Assembly (NCBI GenBank): GCA_002269645.1
Contig: NIVC01002889.1
Span: 62,001-126,000 of the forward strand
Length of the DNA stretch: 64,000 bases
Reading direction: 5' to 3'
From: Macrostomum lignano
Lineage: Eukaryota
In this document: one piece after another, positions 38,101-51,475 of the stretch
Numbering within the stretch: the stretch's first letter is position 1
Layout: each line of letters begins with the position of its first letter
Translations under genes and position numbers: made by a program
Notes under the pieces: generated by a model
Told to the model about the DNA's origin: nothing
Database searches by the model: none
Seen by the model: only the letters and a program-made list of their open reading frames with translations

Positions 38101-38272
38101 AGACTGGAAGTACGTGGCCTCGGTGATCGATCGCATTCAGCTGGTGATCTTCAGCTCGGTGACTCTGGTCGGCACAATCGCCATTCTGCTCAACGCGCCT
38201 TTCATACTGGAATTTGTCGACCAGGGCGCCATCATTGAGAAGCTGATAGCGGCGCAGAAGGCCGAGTCCTGA
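32109..38272 (+). CDS. Nicotinic acetylcholine receptor non-alpha (beta1-like) subunit; exons 32109-32166 (tentative), 32219-32361, 33196-33240, 33772-33881, 34823-35003, 35956-36840, 38093-38272
   Basis: GYNRLIRPV...VQLINV|[15 protein letters not shown]|[10 protein letters not shown]...[11 protein letters not shown]|ADG; Cys-loop [15 protein letters not shown]; M1-M3 with [20 protein letters not shown] (cation-type); M4 [11 protein letters not shown]. No vicinal CC in loop C. All phases are consistent. Confidence 0.93.
32480..33000. repeat. Intronic 15-bp minisatellite (ttgatgcaggtaggg)
   Basis: Tandem copies. Confidence 0.97.
33257..33612 (+). mobile_element. Near full-length tRNA-derived SINE (A box tagcccagtgg, B box gctcgattcc, body, A-rich taac tail)
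   Basis: tRNA-like head followed by a body shared with six other loci in the window. Confidence 0.8.
34262..34410. repeat. (AAGTAC)n microsatellite
   Basis: Direct repetition. Confidence 0.95.
34540..34772 (+). mobile_element. tRNA-SINE family copy
   Basis: gcgtacgtatctgcgcgcttgtgtgcctgctcaggggagtcggcggaat...cacacagcccctg is nearly identical to 33490-33603. Confidence 0.8.
36945..37222 (+). mobile_element. tRNA-SINE family copy with head (cagctcagcggt; ggttcgaatcc)
   Basis: A and B boxes plus the aaagccagggccgctgtgcaccctgtgtgag body. Confidence 0.78.
37545..38015. repeat. Degenerate (tgatt/tgtgatt)n low-complexity array
   Basis: Visible periodicity in the last nAChR intron. Confidence 0.85.
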
Positions 38273-38597
38273 GTTAAGGTGTTAATTTAGGCCAAACGGC
38301 TGATCCATGTACTGTGAGTACAAGCCTAATTCAAGTTTCATTTGAAATGTGCACCAATTGCCTCTGACACGCTTAAGCTGAGTAGTGTAGCTAGCTATAT
38401 TTAATTAGCTAGAAGTGCTTTTGCGGCTTAAAAAGCCTCTTGCACAAATGTACATCATGTTTATAGCTATTTGCGCAAATAATTTGTACTCTTTTTGCAC
38501 TCAATCATATTGCTGGGCACCCAAACTTGCAATTTATAGTCACAGAGTATTGTCAAAGGCTGAGGGCCTAGCATAGCTCAAAAAGGCGACTTTGACG

Positions 38598-38869
38598 CAA
38601 GGACTACTCAAGTACAAGGACGGGAAACAACGTTTCTCAGAAAAAGTTAGGGAGGCTGGTTTTCGCCGAAAAATACACTATGGAGATTTCATTTTCATTT
38701 TTTCAGCACAAGTTTCATTTTGTTATTGCTTTCTATAAGAGGAAAACCCAATTTTCATCTTTTGATATGTTGTGCCTTTCTTATAGCTCTATTGATAATT
38801 TGATATTTATAAAACCAGTCTCCTTAACATTTTCTAAGAGACGTACTTCCCGTCCTTGAGTAGTCCTTG
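38598..38869. mobile_element. MITE, 272 bp, ~60-bp imperfect TIRs, imperfect 8-bp TSD (hAT-like)
   Basis: Left end caaggactactcaag...gacgggaa...ttctcagaaaaagttagggaggctggttt; the right end reverse-complements to caaggactactcaaggacgggaag...ttagaaaatgttaaggagactggttt. Flanks ctttgacg / ctttgata. Confidence 0.75.
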
Positions 38870-39810
38870 CTTTGATAAAGCTCATCAACTCGTTTATAAT
38901 ATAAATTACAAGTTTGGATGTCCAATCCTTGGCTCGCTGGTTTCTCGGTCAGAAACGTTGCGTGTTGTCTATGGCCAAACCCGAGTTAGCTTTATTCTTA
39001 GCTTAGGGTAAACTACTTGAAGTAGCTTAAACTCGAGTACATTAAAGAGTTAGGAAGCGGTCTCATGAAGTCTTCAAATTTTGCAGCGATTTTGTCCCTC
39101 AATAATTACTTTTTCGAATGCATTCTACTCCGCATGCAATTGTGCTCTAGCTGTCCTCAACTCCTCACACAGCTAATTTGAGAATTGTTGCAATTGTTTT
39201 GCTGCATTTCTAAATATGCGAACTTTGTCCAAATCAAAATCTGATTCAAAAGTGCTAAAAACAGTGCGTTCAAAAATTTCAGATTATGTTTCTAATATTT
39301 TATATTGTCATTAGCTTATTATATAAAGTGCTGTTTCTGATAGCTCCGCAATAATAAGTATCTTGTTTCCATGGCACCATATATTCGAACTAGGCTTGAA
39401 AAGTACACGTTAATAATTTGGCATCGCTATAAGACCTGGATTTTTCACCTGTTGATAGAGACTTGTGCCAAGAATGTGTTGGCATTATTTTGTTGAAAAA
39501 TAAAAGTGCACGATAGAATTCGATCGAGTGCTTTATGTTCAAGATCAAAGCACCTCGTAAATTATAATTGGTTCAGGTGAAACCGGTATACAGGATATGT
39601 AATGCTGTCACCAATAAAGTTAACAATTTTTCTCAATGATTTCCAGCAGCCTTGACGGTACGACAGTTATAGAAATGATTTAAGGAATCATGCAGAAGTT
39701 TGTTTCTACAAAGAAGCAAACAAATAACACAGGGAATCACAGGTGATCACAGGGGATCACAATAAAGCCACAATAATTCACTGACAAAGGTGAGCTTACA
39801 CCCGGAAGTG

Positions 39811-41477
<1,667 letters not shown>

Positions 41478-42247
41478 TGGGGTAATTCTTAACAAAAATT
41501 TGGCTTCTTAACAATAGAAAACAACTTGGCTCTGCTGTTAATTTATATACACAGGTCGGTGAACAACAACAATAATAATAAAAGGCGACTGTCGGTACAA
41601 GATTAAACAAACCAGATTAAACCTGTTCTGGCGGCAACGGAATCGGCTGCATAACTGCAAATCCATGGCTGTAACTCCGTCACGTGTGGCGCGCACCTGC
41701 ATGGAAATTGATAAGATATTCCTGTGCTTACTGGCTTGCTTGCATTGTGAGAAAATTCACAATGAGCGTTGATTTTATTAAACAACATTGTATGGAACTT
41801 TTATCAGTTCCAGTGAGCTCAGTTTTAGAGATTTGCTCACAGCCGAACCGAAATGAGCTTGTTGAGTAGTTCCCGACGCCCCGAGGCTCGCGCTAAGAAC
41901 GAAGATTGATTAAATAATTTCAATTGCATCCCCTATTAGTACAATAAGTAGAAGTGGTGACCTTCCCCGAGACAATTTTGCTTTGAGTTTCTATCCGCCA
42001 AGTTTTGCGACAAATTTCTAGATCGCAGCATTCGTTACCGTCCAGATCGTATACAACGTTTTTAATGGCAAGGTCGGATATTAGGCTCTCTCTTAGTCAC
42101 TGGTGCAGTGACTAGGTTACAGCCTGTCTGTCAACTTGCCTTTCATTTAGCATTAGAAACTGTCACAGAACGTGCCACGTATAAAAAGTTGCGGACTCTC
42201 GAGAAGCCAAATCCGCTGCATTATTTTTATGCGGTTCATTTTACTAT

Positions 42248-42563
42248 ATATAGCTTTTTGCGTTCAATTTAAGATCGCGCTGAGTTGAAATAACAATTTA
42301 ACTGACAGACAGATCGCAGGATGGATCGAACAGCGATCAAAGATGAAACGTCTCTAACATGAACAAAGGCAAAGTCTATGGTTCTCAAATTGAACGCTAA
42401 TTTTCTTAAATTGAACGCAAAAACGGTTTTGGCCCACAGCAGCACCCCCATTTTTTACCATAGACATCTCTGCCAGCCGCCACTTGCAGCCAATGTGGCC
42501 ATGCTCACTTCAAATTCTTAAATTGAGTGCAAATTTTATGAACTTGAACGCAAAAAGCTATAT
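42248..42563. mobile_element. MITE-like element, ~316 bp, 20-bp perfect TIRs, TA-flanked
   Basis: atatagctttttgcgttcaa (42248-42267) and ttgaacgcaaaaagctatat (42544-42563); internal extra ttgaacgc copies. Confidence 0.7.
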
Positions 42564-43914
42564 TAATCGCTGTGCGCCCGAGGATTTGCCATTGACGCCC
42601 GCAAAGCATGGGCATTACTGTTATTATAGTTAGACTAGGCGTGTTGAAACGGGGAGAAACGCACGGCATCTCGCCCGCTGCAATAATCTATGGCCAACTT
42701 CAATAAGTAAAAAAACTCGTATGCATATAAGTATCTAGTTAATTTTTCTACAACTTAAAGTAAAGCTTAGTGCTGCTTAACAATTCTTAGTATCAGTTAC
42801 TATTTTTTCAATTCGCAAAATAAGGAGTTTTGGCCATAGACAATTTTTGGATTTCATTATTTCTTTCTTTGTCTTGTGTGCCGGTGTGGGGGGGGCTCAG
42901 CGCCCCCTTGACCCCGCTTTCTTCTGACTTTGCCATAGACATTTTCAGCGGGCCGTGAAACCGACTGAATGCATTGGAGTAAATGGGATTTTACCATAGA
43001 CAGTCTCAGCGGCCCGTGAAACGCGGTTTCACGCCCGCTAACTATAACACTAATATGGATGGGCCGCATCGGGCAGAAACGAGCTAACACTCCTCGGCGC
43101 TATTGTGCCATAGACGCAGATCAAGGCTGCGAGAGAAGGAATGGAAGAGCGGGTGCAGGAGCTAAGTTTCAACCATGGACACTTCCATTTGATGAAAACG
43201 AAGCTTTTCACGCAGCACTGCAGTCTATAGAAACAAAAGTTGCAGCACAGTATAAAAGAGATTGAACCAGCAATTTTTCTGGCATTAAATTAAAGTTTTG
43301 ACTTAAAATTTCGTTCGATTCATGCGAGTTTGACTGTAGTCCACGCTCGTACGGTTTTTATGGGATTGATTAAGCGCCTGCCGGGCAAAAGGTTATTGTG
43401 CAATTATACAATATCGATGCTTCTTTAGGTTCAACAATTAAATTACAGATTTGCCAGCTCGTACACCTCTGCAAGATGCGCACTGTCTCCGACTAGATGT
43501 CCAGTGCACTAATCTTTGGGTGCGCATCTCTCAAAGATGACAGTGACAGTGCGCATCTCTCTGCAAGATGCGCACTGCATCTTGCAGAGAGATGGATAGA
43601 TGGTAAAACCACAGTCCCTGTGGGTTTTACAATCCATCAGCTGGATCGCGATTCGCTAAAACACAGGCGCGAGAGAGCATATTAATGCGCTTTTAGCCTA
43701 ACTTGTCAAATGTACACTGCCTACCAAACTCTGCGATTCTGTATAGGTACAAGCTCTGCGTCCAAGTTCTGTCTGTCTGTATCTCTCTCTCCCCCTATCC
43801 TTTCTTTGCTCAGTAATGCGTGACCCTGCAGATAGTAGGCAAAAATAGAGAGAAAGCGCGAATCGTCGGAGAAGCATTTGAAAGCCACCAGTAGAGCTTC
43901 CCAGAGTGCCCGAG

Positions 43915-44832
43915 ATGGAGCCAGTACTGGACGCCAGCGGCCAGCCCATCAGCGGCATCGTCCACACGCCGGATGCTGAGGGTGTCACGGTGAAGAATCG
44001 CCTATGGCGCGGCTACTACGTGTCGGACTTTCCCGAGGCCGAGGTGCGCATGGACAGGCTGTGCGAGTTCAGCCCCAGGCCCGACGACGTGTTCATCTAC
44101 GCTTATTTAAAGTGCGGCACCCACTGGCTGCACGAGATCTGTCACTTCCTGCTGACTGGCCAGGCCGAGGTCCGGCCGCAACCCAAGGAGCTGGCCATGG
44201 TTGAGGCGGCCGACCTTGAAGATTTAGATAAGATCCCATCGCCTCGAGTGCTCAATTGTCACATGCGCTGCTCAATCCTGCCGCAGCGGCTGGTCGCTGG
44301 CAACAAAATTATCTACGTTGTGCGCAATCCCAAGGACACGGCCGTCTCGCTGTACCATCACGTGGCGGGCATAGACGACTACGAGTACAAGGGAAGCTTC
44401 AAAGGGTTCCTGGGCCTGTTCGAGAACGGCACCATGGACGCTGGGTCTTGGTTCAGTCATACCCGAGACTTCCTGACCGCCATGGCCCGAGAAGGCGGCG
44501 GCAACATCCTCATGGTGGAGTTCGAGCGGCTGAAACGGGACCCGGAGTCTCAGATCCGGCGCATCGCCAGGTTCCTGCTCGACATAGACATCTCGGACAG
44601 TCTGCTGACCGCCATCTGCGAGAAGGTGTCCTTCAAGAGCATGCAGAAAGCGCGCAGCAACGATTTCAAAGAGTTCTTCAACGAGCGGGCCAGCCAACAC
44701 GGCTTCTACCGCAAGGGAGAGGTCGGCGATTGGAGAAACTACTTTGATGAGGAGTCCAGCCTCCGCATTGATCGTCTGTGCGCCGAGGCTCTGGCCGGCT
44801 TTGAGAACCTCTATCAGCCCATTTACGAGTGA
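43915..44832 (+). CDS. Cytosolic sulfotransferase (SULT family), single exon, ~305 aa
   Basis: 5'-PSB AYLKCGTHW, catalytic LNCH, 3'-PB RNPKDTAVSLY, FYRKGEVGDWRNYF. ATG at 43915. Confidence 0.95.
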   Translation: MEPVLDASGQPISGIVHTPDAEGVTVKNRLWRGYYVSDFPEAEVRMDRLCEFSPRPDDVFIYAYLKCGTHWLHEICHFLLTGQAEVRPQPKELAMVEAADLEDLDKIPSPRVLNCHMRCSILPQRLVAGNKIIYVVRNPKDTAVSLYHHVAGIDDYEYKGSFKGFLGLFENGTMDAGSWFSHTRDFLTAMAREGGGNILMVEFERLKRDPESQIRRIARFLLDIDISDSLLTAICEKVSFKSMQKARSNDFKEFFNERASQHGFYRKGEVGDWRNYFDEESSLRIDRLCAEALAGFENLYQPIYE

Positions 44833-45841
44833 CAGAGGCTAATTTTATGAACACTAACTTCCCTTTGCTCGAATTTTAGTAATAACAAAATAATTATTGA
44901 ATCATTGAACGCATTAAAGAAATGCTTGTCTTAGAAATATCATCGCAAGGAATTAAACTTTTCTTCGGTACTATACTTCAGTCATTTAACAACATTTGTC
45001 TCTGCCTGTGCCAACTATTCTAAATAATTGATGGCAGCAAGCCACATGGGACTGGTCGAGTTGCCACTCATTACCTGGCATCAGCTGAGAGTGCTCAAAC
45101 TTCACGTCTAGCATGGCCGAGTAGGTAATTAATTTAGACAGACAATTCAGCCGTCATTGTTAAAACTCGCTTGCGCAGAAAAAAGGAAAAAATAAGAACT
45201 ATTAACAAATTAAGCAAGGCCTAAACTTATCAATATCTGTTTGCTTTCGAACCACCTGCCAAGGCGGAGTTTTCCTTTTTCGTGGGAAAATTTCTCAGTG
45301 AGATCCTTCGAGTCAGGCCGAGAGTTCATTTGCACTTTTATTTCCAAGCAAGCTGCAGTTGCGTGCGTTTCCTGGGAAGAGAAGAGGGAATAGATAAGGC
45401 TACAATTCGAAATAGCTACAACTTCTGTGAATACAAACCGTTGAGAACCGCTTAAGACTGGCTGACTGAATCATCTATAAACAGTGTTGCTGTTGGTTTC
45501 TCCATAGCAACTATCGGCAGAACCTTCGTACGTAAAAATTATTGAATTGTATAACTATATATGAAATTCAAAACTAGGAAGATCTAATTTTATTTCTATA
45601 TCGCAACTGCTCAACAGAACCACTTTTTATCAAGGGCTTCTTCTATAAGAGTTACAAAAGTAGAATTACAGTAAAAAGTTTATATAAACCTATTAGACAA
45701 AGAAATTCGCAACTTCCTAAAGTTTTGGCACTATAATACTTGGCTCCTAAAGCTATGCTATACAAAAATAATGTTATTACTACTCAAATGTACTTCAAAC
45801 TACAAAGCAAGTCTGTGTCTGTTTGTTAGTCTGACACTGAA

Positions 45842-46618
45842 TCAGCGCTGCGCTTGCAGGTTGTCCCTGCACACTTCGTCCCAGTCGGGCCACACGGCCG
45901 CTTTCACTCTGTCAGCGTAGTCGCTCAGATTCCTGGCCCTCTCCATGATGAAGCTCTTGTGCGGGTAGTCAATGGGCAGGTAAAGAATCTGAGCCAGGTG
46001 AGCGAACGCGCTGGCGTCCACGGTGGACAGCTGGTCTCCCAGCATGTACTTCTTGTTGCCAAGTAGCACGGACAGAGCCAGGAGGTCGTCGCAGCCGATC
46101 TGGTAGATCTCCTCAGGCGAGTTCCTGCCGATCCCGTGCTCAGTCAGCCTGCGCTTCGACAGCGTAGGCATGAACGCAGTGAACATCTTCGCCTGCCAGG
46201 CGGGCAGGAACTCCATCAGCGCGATGGTCTCACGGATTCGCTCCACGTAGCGGTAGTAGGCGTAGGAGAAAACAGTCCGATTGTCCAGCACCACGGAGAT
46301 CACCCTGCCCAGGGCCTGCTGCTCAGCGTTGAGCTCGTCAGCTTTGTCGAATTCCTTAGTTAAGAACTGGATGATCAGGGTGGACTCGTTGTACTCCTTG
46401 CCGTTGTACTCAATGAAAGGAATCTGACCTTTGGAGCTGCTGTTCTCAAGCGCCCTGATGGTTTTGTGCGGAATCTGCTTGATGCGCAGCCAGGTCTCCA
46501 GTTTGAGCCCGAACGGGGACGCCGAGACGCAGGTCCGCAGGCTGGGAAAGTTGAACGCGTACACCATGCCTTCGTCGAAGTTTTCAACCTTCAATTTGCT
46601 CGAACTGCTGCCTCCCAT
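45842..46618 (-). CDS. FAXC: Failed-axon-connections / metaxin-like GST-fold protein, single exon, 258 aa; predicted N-myristoylation (MGGSSS)
   Basis: SPFGLKLETWLR, SSKGQIPFIEYNG, ESTLII, LSVLLGNKKYMLGDQLSTVDASAFAHLAQI. Confidence 0.85.
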   Translation of the reverse strand: MGGSSSSKLKVENFDEGMVYAFNFPSLRTCVSASPFGLKLETWLRIKQIPHKTIRALENSSSKGQIPFIEYNGKEYNESTLIIQFLTKEFDKADELNAEQQALGRVISVVLDNRTVFSYAYYRYVERIRETIALMEFLPAWQAKMFTAFMPTLSKRRLTEHGIGRNSPEEIYQIGCDDLLALSVLLGNKKYMLGDQLSTVDASAFAHLAQILYLPIDYPHKSFIMERARNLSDYADRVKAAVWPDWDEVCRDNLQAQR

Positions 46619-47985
46619 GCCTGTAGTTGATTGGAGATAATTTGCTGCTTAGACAATTCTACTGAGCGGTTTGGATTGTCAACTCTGCTTCAGTCTCTGC
46701 TCTTAGCCTTCTCTTTTTTTCTGCCTCTGTCGCACTACCAGCCACTCTTGGGGCAGGCAAAAGCATTTAGTTCATAGAAAACTGTATAGCCAGGCAAATT
46801 CTAAAAAATCTATGCATTTCGTTTCACACCGCAAGGTCTGACCTCGTTTGAGAGTGCGCTAAGGCCTCGCTGATAGCATGTACACTAACGATGAGAACAA
46901 CATACTTACAATTGTCTGTCCCTAGCGTGAGAGACACCTGAGAGAATAATTTCGTTCTCACCGCAACAGATTAGACCATAATTCGAGCCGTAAATTGTCT
47001 GATAAATTTCTTTTCAAATTTCTCAGGCTCATGTCTGGTTAAAGAGATATTTGAGAACTTTTGCTCTACTTTGAATTGCATATTTACTGCTAATAAATGG
47101 ATATTTTTTTCAAATATGATTACATCAATAATTTTAGTTTATTTACGGGGAGGCAACAAAGAAAAGAAAAAAATGTTTGAATAAACAACGATTACATGTA
47201 GCTTATGGCCTTCATGTATAGTCATCTGTTTAAAGCAAAAAGTATTTTCCCTGAAAACTTGATATCTAGCCTATGAGACATCAGCACCCAGCGAGCTTTT
47301 GGCATCAAAGCCGTGGCTTAACCCTGACTCTCCCATTGATGCTTGGCCTACCTACCAACAACTCCCAATTGACTGCTTCAATTTTCGTTTACGGAGCTTT
47401 ATCCAGGCATGCTCCAGGTCACCTTCGTTCCAAAATATTCCCCCATCCTTTTAGAACTCAGTAGTGGTAGGTAACTTCTCCGAGTTGTTTAACACACTTT
47501 TGAGCGGCCATTATTTCACACTTTTAAGTTTGATTTGATTGGATGAGAGATGGGGTGGGTGAACTGATCGGTCACTTGGGCAGAGAGTATGATGTACATT
47601 GGTTACACTTGGCGAGGGACAGCTGAATTGACAATCAGATAAGATAATTGGCGACTCCATAACTTAGTACGAGTAATAAATTTATAATTAGCTTAATAAA
47701 ATCCGAGCAGTCGCTGAATGGTGCAATAATTACCGCTTGGACTTGTCATTGTGTCTGGATAAAAGTTCTTCGCAATGTCTATCCAACTCAGATTTACACG
47801 TACGTACCTAGTTGTACTCTACCGGGCAAAGAGTCGGCCTGACTTTATTGCGCAACCCAGCTGGTGAGGGTTGAGATAGAAATGAAAAGGGAGACCTAGT
47901 CTGCGATTCAACTAGTGTCTTGAGTGACAGGTGCAGGACAACTACAGTACATCTGACTGAAGCCAGAGAGCCGACAAGCCGACAC

Positions 47986-50950
47986 ATGCCATCGAACTCG
48001 TTCCCGTTGATCCGCCTGCCGCGCTACTGCCTGAACAACTGGCAGCTGGTGACCGCCGCCATCCTGCTGCTGTTGGCCAACATCGGCATGTCGATGTGGG
48101 CCTTCATTGAATGCAGCAACTTCGACAAGCTGCTGCTGGCCGCCAAGATGACCGGCCGGCCGCTGAACCTGGACTGCAGCATCGTGCTGGTGTTTGTGCT
48201 GCGCAAGACTTTCTCAGCTTGCCGGCGATGGCGAATCAGCCGACTGCTGCCCATTGAGCAGAGCATTCGCTTGCACAGCCTCACCGGCTGCCTCATCTGC
48301 GTGCTCGGGCTGGCGCACTCGCTTGTGCACATCGTCCGCACCGGCCTGCTGCTGTCTAGCGGCGGCCTGGCCTGCTCACCGGTCGCCGCCTACCTGGGCA
48401 CCTGTCTGCGCATTGGCTGGGTTGGCTGGGCGGCCTCGCCAACCGGAGTGGCCCTGCTTGTCATCAGCCTAATCATTGCAGCCACGGCTAATCCAGCGGT
48501 TCGGTCGCGACTGTTCAAGACATTTCAGTATGCTCACCTGCTCTACTATCCTTTTCTGGTGCTGTGCATTCTGCATGCCAGGTGAGTGCCTTGCAAATAT
48601 CTTTTAGTAGCTAAGCAAGCTAAAATATGCTACCAGCGATTTTCAAGAATGCATTTAATAATTAACACTAAAAGTTACTAGTTCCTTAAAAAATAATGTC
48701 TACCTACCCAATCCAGTCTACTCAACCCTGTCTACTCAATCAGTCTACTCAACCCAGTCTGCTCAACCCTGTCTACTCAACCCAGTCTGCTCAACCCTGT
48801 CTACTCAACTCAGTCTACTCAAGCCTGTCTATTCAACCCAGCCTACTCAACCCTGCCTACTCAACCCTTTCTACTCAACCCTGTCTATTCAACCCAGTCT
48901 ACTCAACCCTGCCTACTCAACCCTTTCTACTCAACCCTGTCTATTCAACCCAGTCCACTCAACCCAGTCTACTCAACCCTGTCTATTCAACCCAGTATAC
49001 TCAACCCTGTCTATTCAACCCAGTCCACTCAACCCAGTCTACTCAACCCTGTCTATTCAACCCAGTCCACTCAACCCAGTCTACTCAACCCTGTCTATTC
49101 AACCCAGTCCACTCAACCCAGTATACTCAACCCAGTCTACTCAACCCAGTCTACTCAACCCTCCCTACCCAACCCTGTTTTCCTTGCACTGTCTATTCAA
49201 CACCATCTGCCCTAGCCCTCTCCCCGTCACTCCACAGATACTACTGGCTGTTCGCTCTGATCCCACTGAGCATGCTCCTGCTAGAGCAGCTGCTGGGAGC
49301 AAGGCCAGTCCACGAGCTCCTGCACGGCAAGTTCACTATCGAGGCCGTGAACTTTCATGCGCCCCGTCACGATGAGAGCACCCAAGTAGTGGAGCTGGTG
49401 ATGCGAACGGAGCGCCGAGTCGCCTTCAGCCCGGGTGCCTACGTGTACATCAACCTGCCCGCGGTGTCCCACTTTGAGTTCCACCCGTTCACCATCAGCA
49501 GCCCGCCGGAGCGATGCGACGCAATCACAGTACACATCCAGGCTGTGGGCCCTTGGACAAGGCGACTGTACGACCACTTTCGAGCGATGGCGGAGGCCAA
49601 GCAGCCCGAAGCTGGGCGCGTCACGGTGGCGACTAAGCGACATCCGACTGCAGGCGAAGACTATGACTCGCTGGTGGTCTGCGAGAGAGTCTTTGTTGAA
49701 GGACCGTACGAGGTTCGAGATAAGATTATTTTTCTGATCTTACGAGTATTCACAGAATGCCATTAAAACACCAGCCTTAACAACCCCTCTGAGATCCTGG
49801 CTGTGAATGTACACTGCATGCTCCCAATCAGCGTCAACCCCTCTGAGACCCTGGCTGTGAATGTACACTGCACGCTCCCAATCAACCTCAACAACCTCTC
49901 TGAGACCCTGGCTGTGAATGTACACTGCATGCTCCCAATCAACCTCAACAACCCCTCTGAGACCCTGGCTGTGAATGTACACTGCATGCTCCCAATCAAC
50001 GTCAACCCCTCTTGAGACCCTGGCTGTGAATGTACACTGCATGCTCCCAATCAACGTCGACCCCTCTGAGACCCTGGCTGTGAATGTAAACTGCATGCTC
50101 CCAATCAGCGTGAACCCCTCTGAGACCCTGGCTGTGAATGTACACTGCACGCTCCCAATCAACCTCAACAACCTCTTTGAGACCCTGGCTGTGAATGTAC
50201 ACTGCATGCTCCCAATCAGCGTCAAACCCTCTGAGACCCTGGCTGTGAATGTACACTGCACGCTCCCAATCAGCGTGAACCCCTTTGAGACCCTGGTTGT
50301 GAATGTACACTGCATGCTCCCAATCAACGTCGACCCCTCTGAGACCCTGGTTGTGAATGTACACTGCATGCTCCCAATCAGCGTCAACCCCTCTGAGACC
50401 CTGGCTGTGAATGTACACTGCACGCTCCCAATCAACCTCAACAACCCCTAAAACCGCGGCCCACGTAAACCACTTTTGCAACCCAAAGGTGCACACGAAG
50501 CCGTCCTGGAGCCACAAGCACGTGATCATGGTGTCCGCCGGTATCGGAGTCACCCCGTACGCCTCCATCCTGCGCAGCCTGGTGCACCGGCGCGCCGAAC
50601 AGGACAGCCAGGTGCGCTGCCGGCGAGTTGACTTCGTGTGGGTTGCCCGCAGTCTCAACGGCTTTCGCTGGTTCGCCGACCTCCTACAGGAGCTGGAGGC
50701 CGACAACGCTGACTGGCTGAAGATGCACCTGTTTCTGACCCGGGTCAAGCCAGATTCGGCCACCCGCGAGCTCAATCTGAGTCACGTGACTTACAATCGG
50801 CCCGATTGGACCGAGCTACTCGGCAAGCTGTCTGACACCATGCCAGACTGCCGCTCCTGGGTTTACACCTGCGCCTCGCCTCTGCTGGCCGACTGCGTTG
50901 CCAACGCCTGCTGGAGCCTGCTGCTCCCGCATCGGACGCACAGCTTCTGA
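47986..50950 (+). CDS. NOX5-like NADPH oxidase/ferric reductase; exons ~47986-48581, 49238-49712, 50489-50950; 5' end uncertain
   Basis: LNLDCSIVLV, four heme histidines (RLH...LAH; YAH...ILH), ASPTGVALL, FAD site EFHPFTISSPPE, EGPYE|VHT, NADPH site SAGIGVTPYASIL, VDFVWVAR, RPDW. Phases are consistent. Confidence 0.88.
48705..49175. repeat. Intronic ~14-bp degenerate minisatellite (tctactcaacccag/ctg)
   Basis: Tandem copies in NOX intron 1. Confidence 0.92.
49788..50448. repeat. Intronic 54/57-bp minisatellite (gagaccctggctgtgaatgtacactgcatgctcccaatc...)
   Basis: About 12 tandem copies in NOX intron 2. Confidence 0.95.
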
Positions 50951-51374
50951 TGAACTTTCGGAGTTGGTTGCTAGGCAACGAAATAATCGCGTCTTATCTC
51001 CCTCTTACATTTAAAATCAATCGTATTGCAGTATTTTTATTCCAGAAAGTGTCTAAGCATACTTTTTTATCTACAATACGGTTGTTTCACTGAGAATACA
51101 GAGAAATTCTCAAAGGTACACACAGAGCATGATGACGCTCCGTACTACACTACTCAGTAGCATCATAGAACGCAAAACATTTCGTATTGCAAAGAATGTT
51201 TGACATGGCATTTTTAATCCTAGAATAAAAAATATATGTTAGCAACTTTCATTCTGTTCCATTGATTTCATTTTGACAGTCGCAGATCGACCAGCTTTAT
51301 CGTAGGCTTGGCTTACGAAATGCCAGTCAAATAAGCAAACCCAGTCAATTGATTAATTTGACTCCCTCGGATCA

Positions 51375-51475
51375 ATGTCCCCGGGTTCGAACCCGTGCGC
51401 GGCCACACGACTCACGATTCCCGCCCACGAGTGCCAACACCCCCAAGGCACAGAGTGTACACCCGGTGTGAGCGA
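51375..51475 (+). mobile_element. tRNA-SINE family fragment (B box ggttcgaaccc + ccccaaggcacagagtgtacac)
   Basis: Shares the B-box context (gtgcgcgg) with the 36945 copy and the body with the 23897 copy. Confidence 0.65.
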
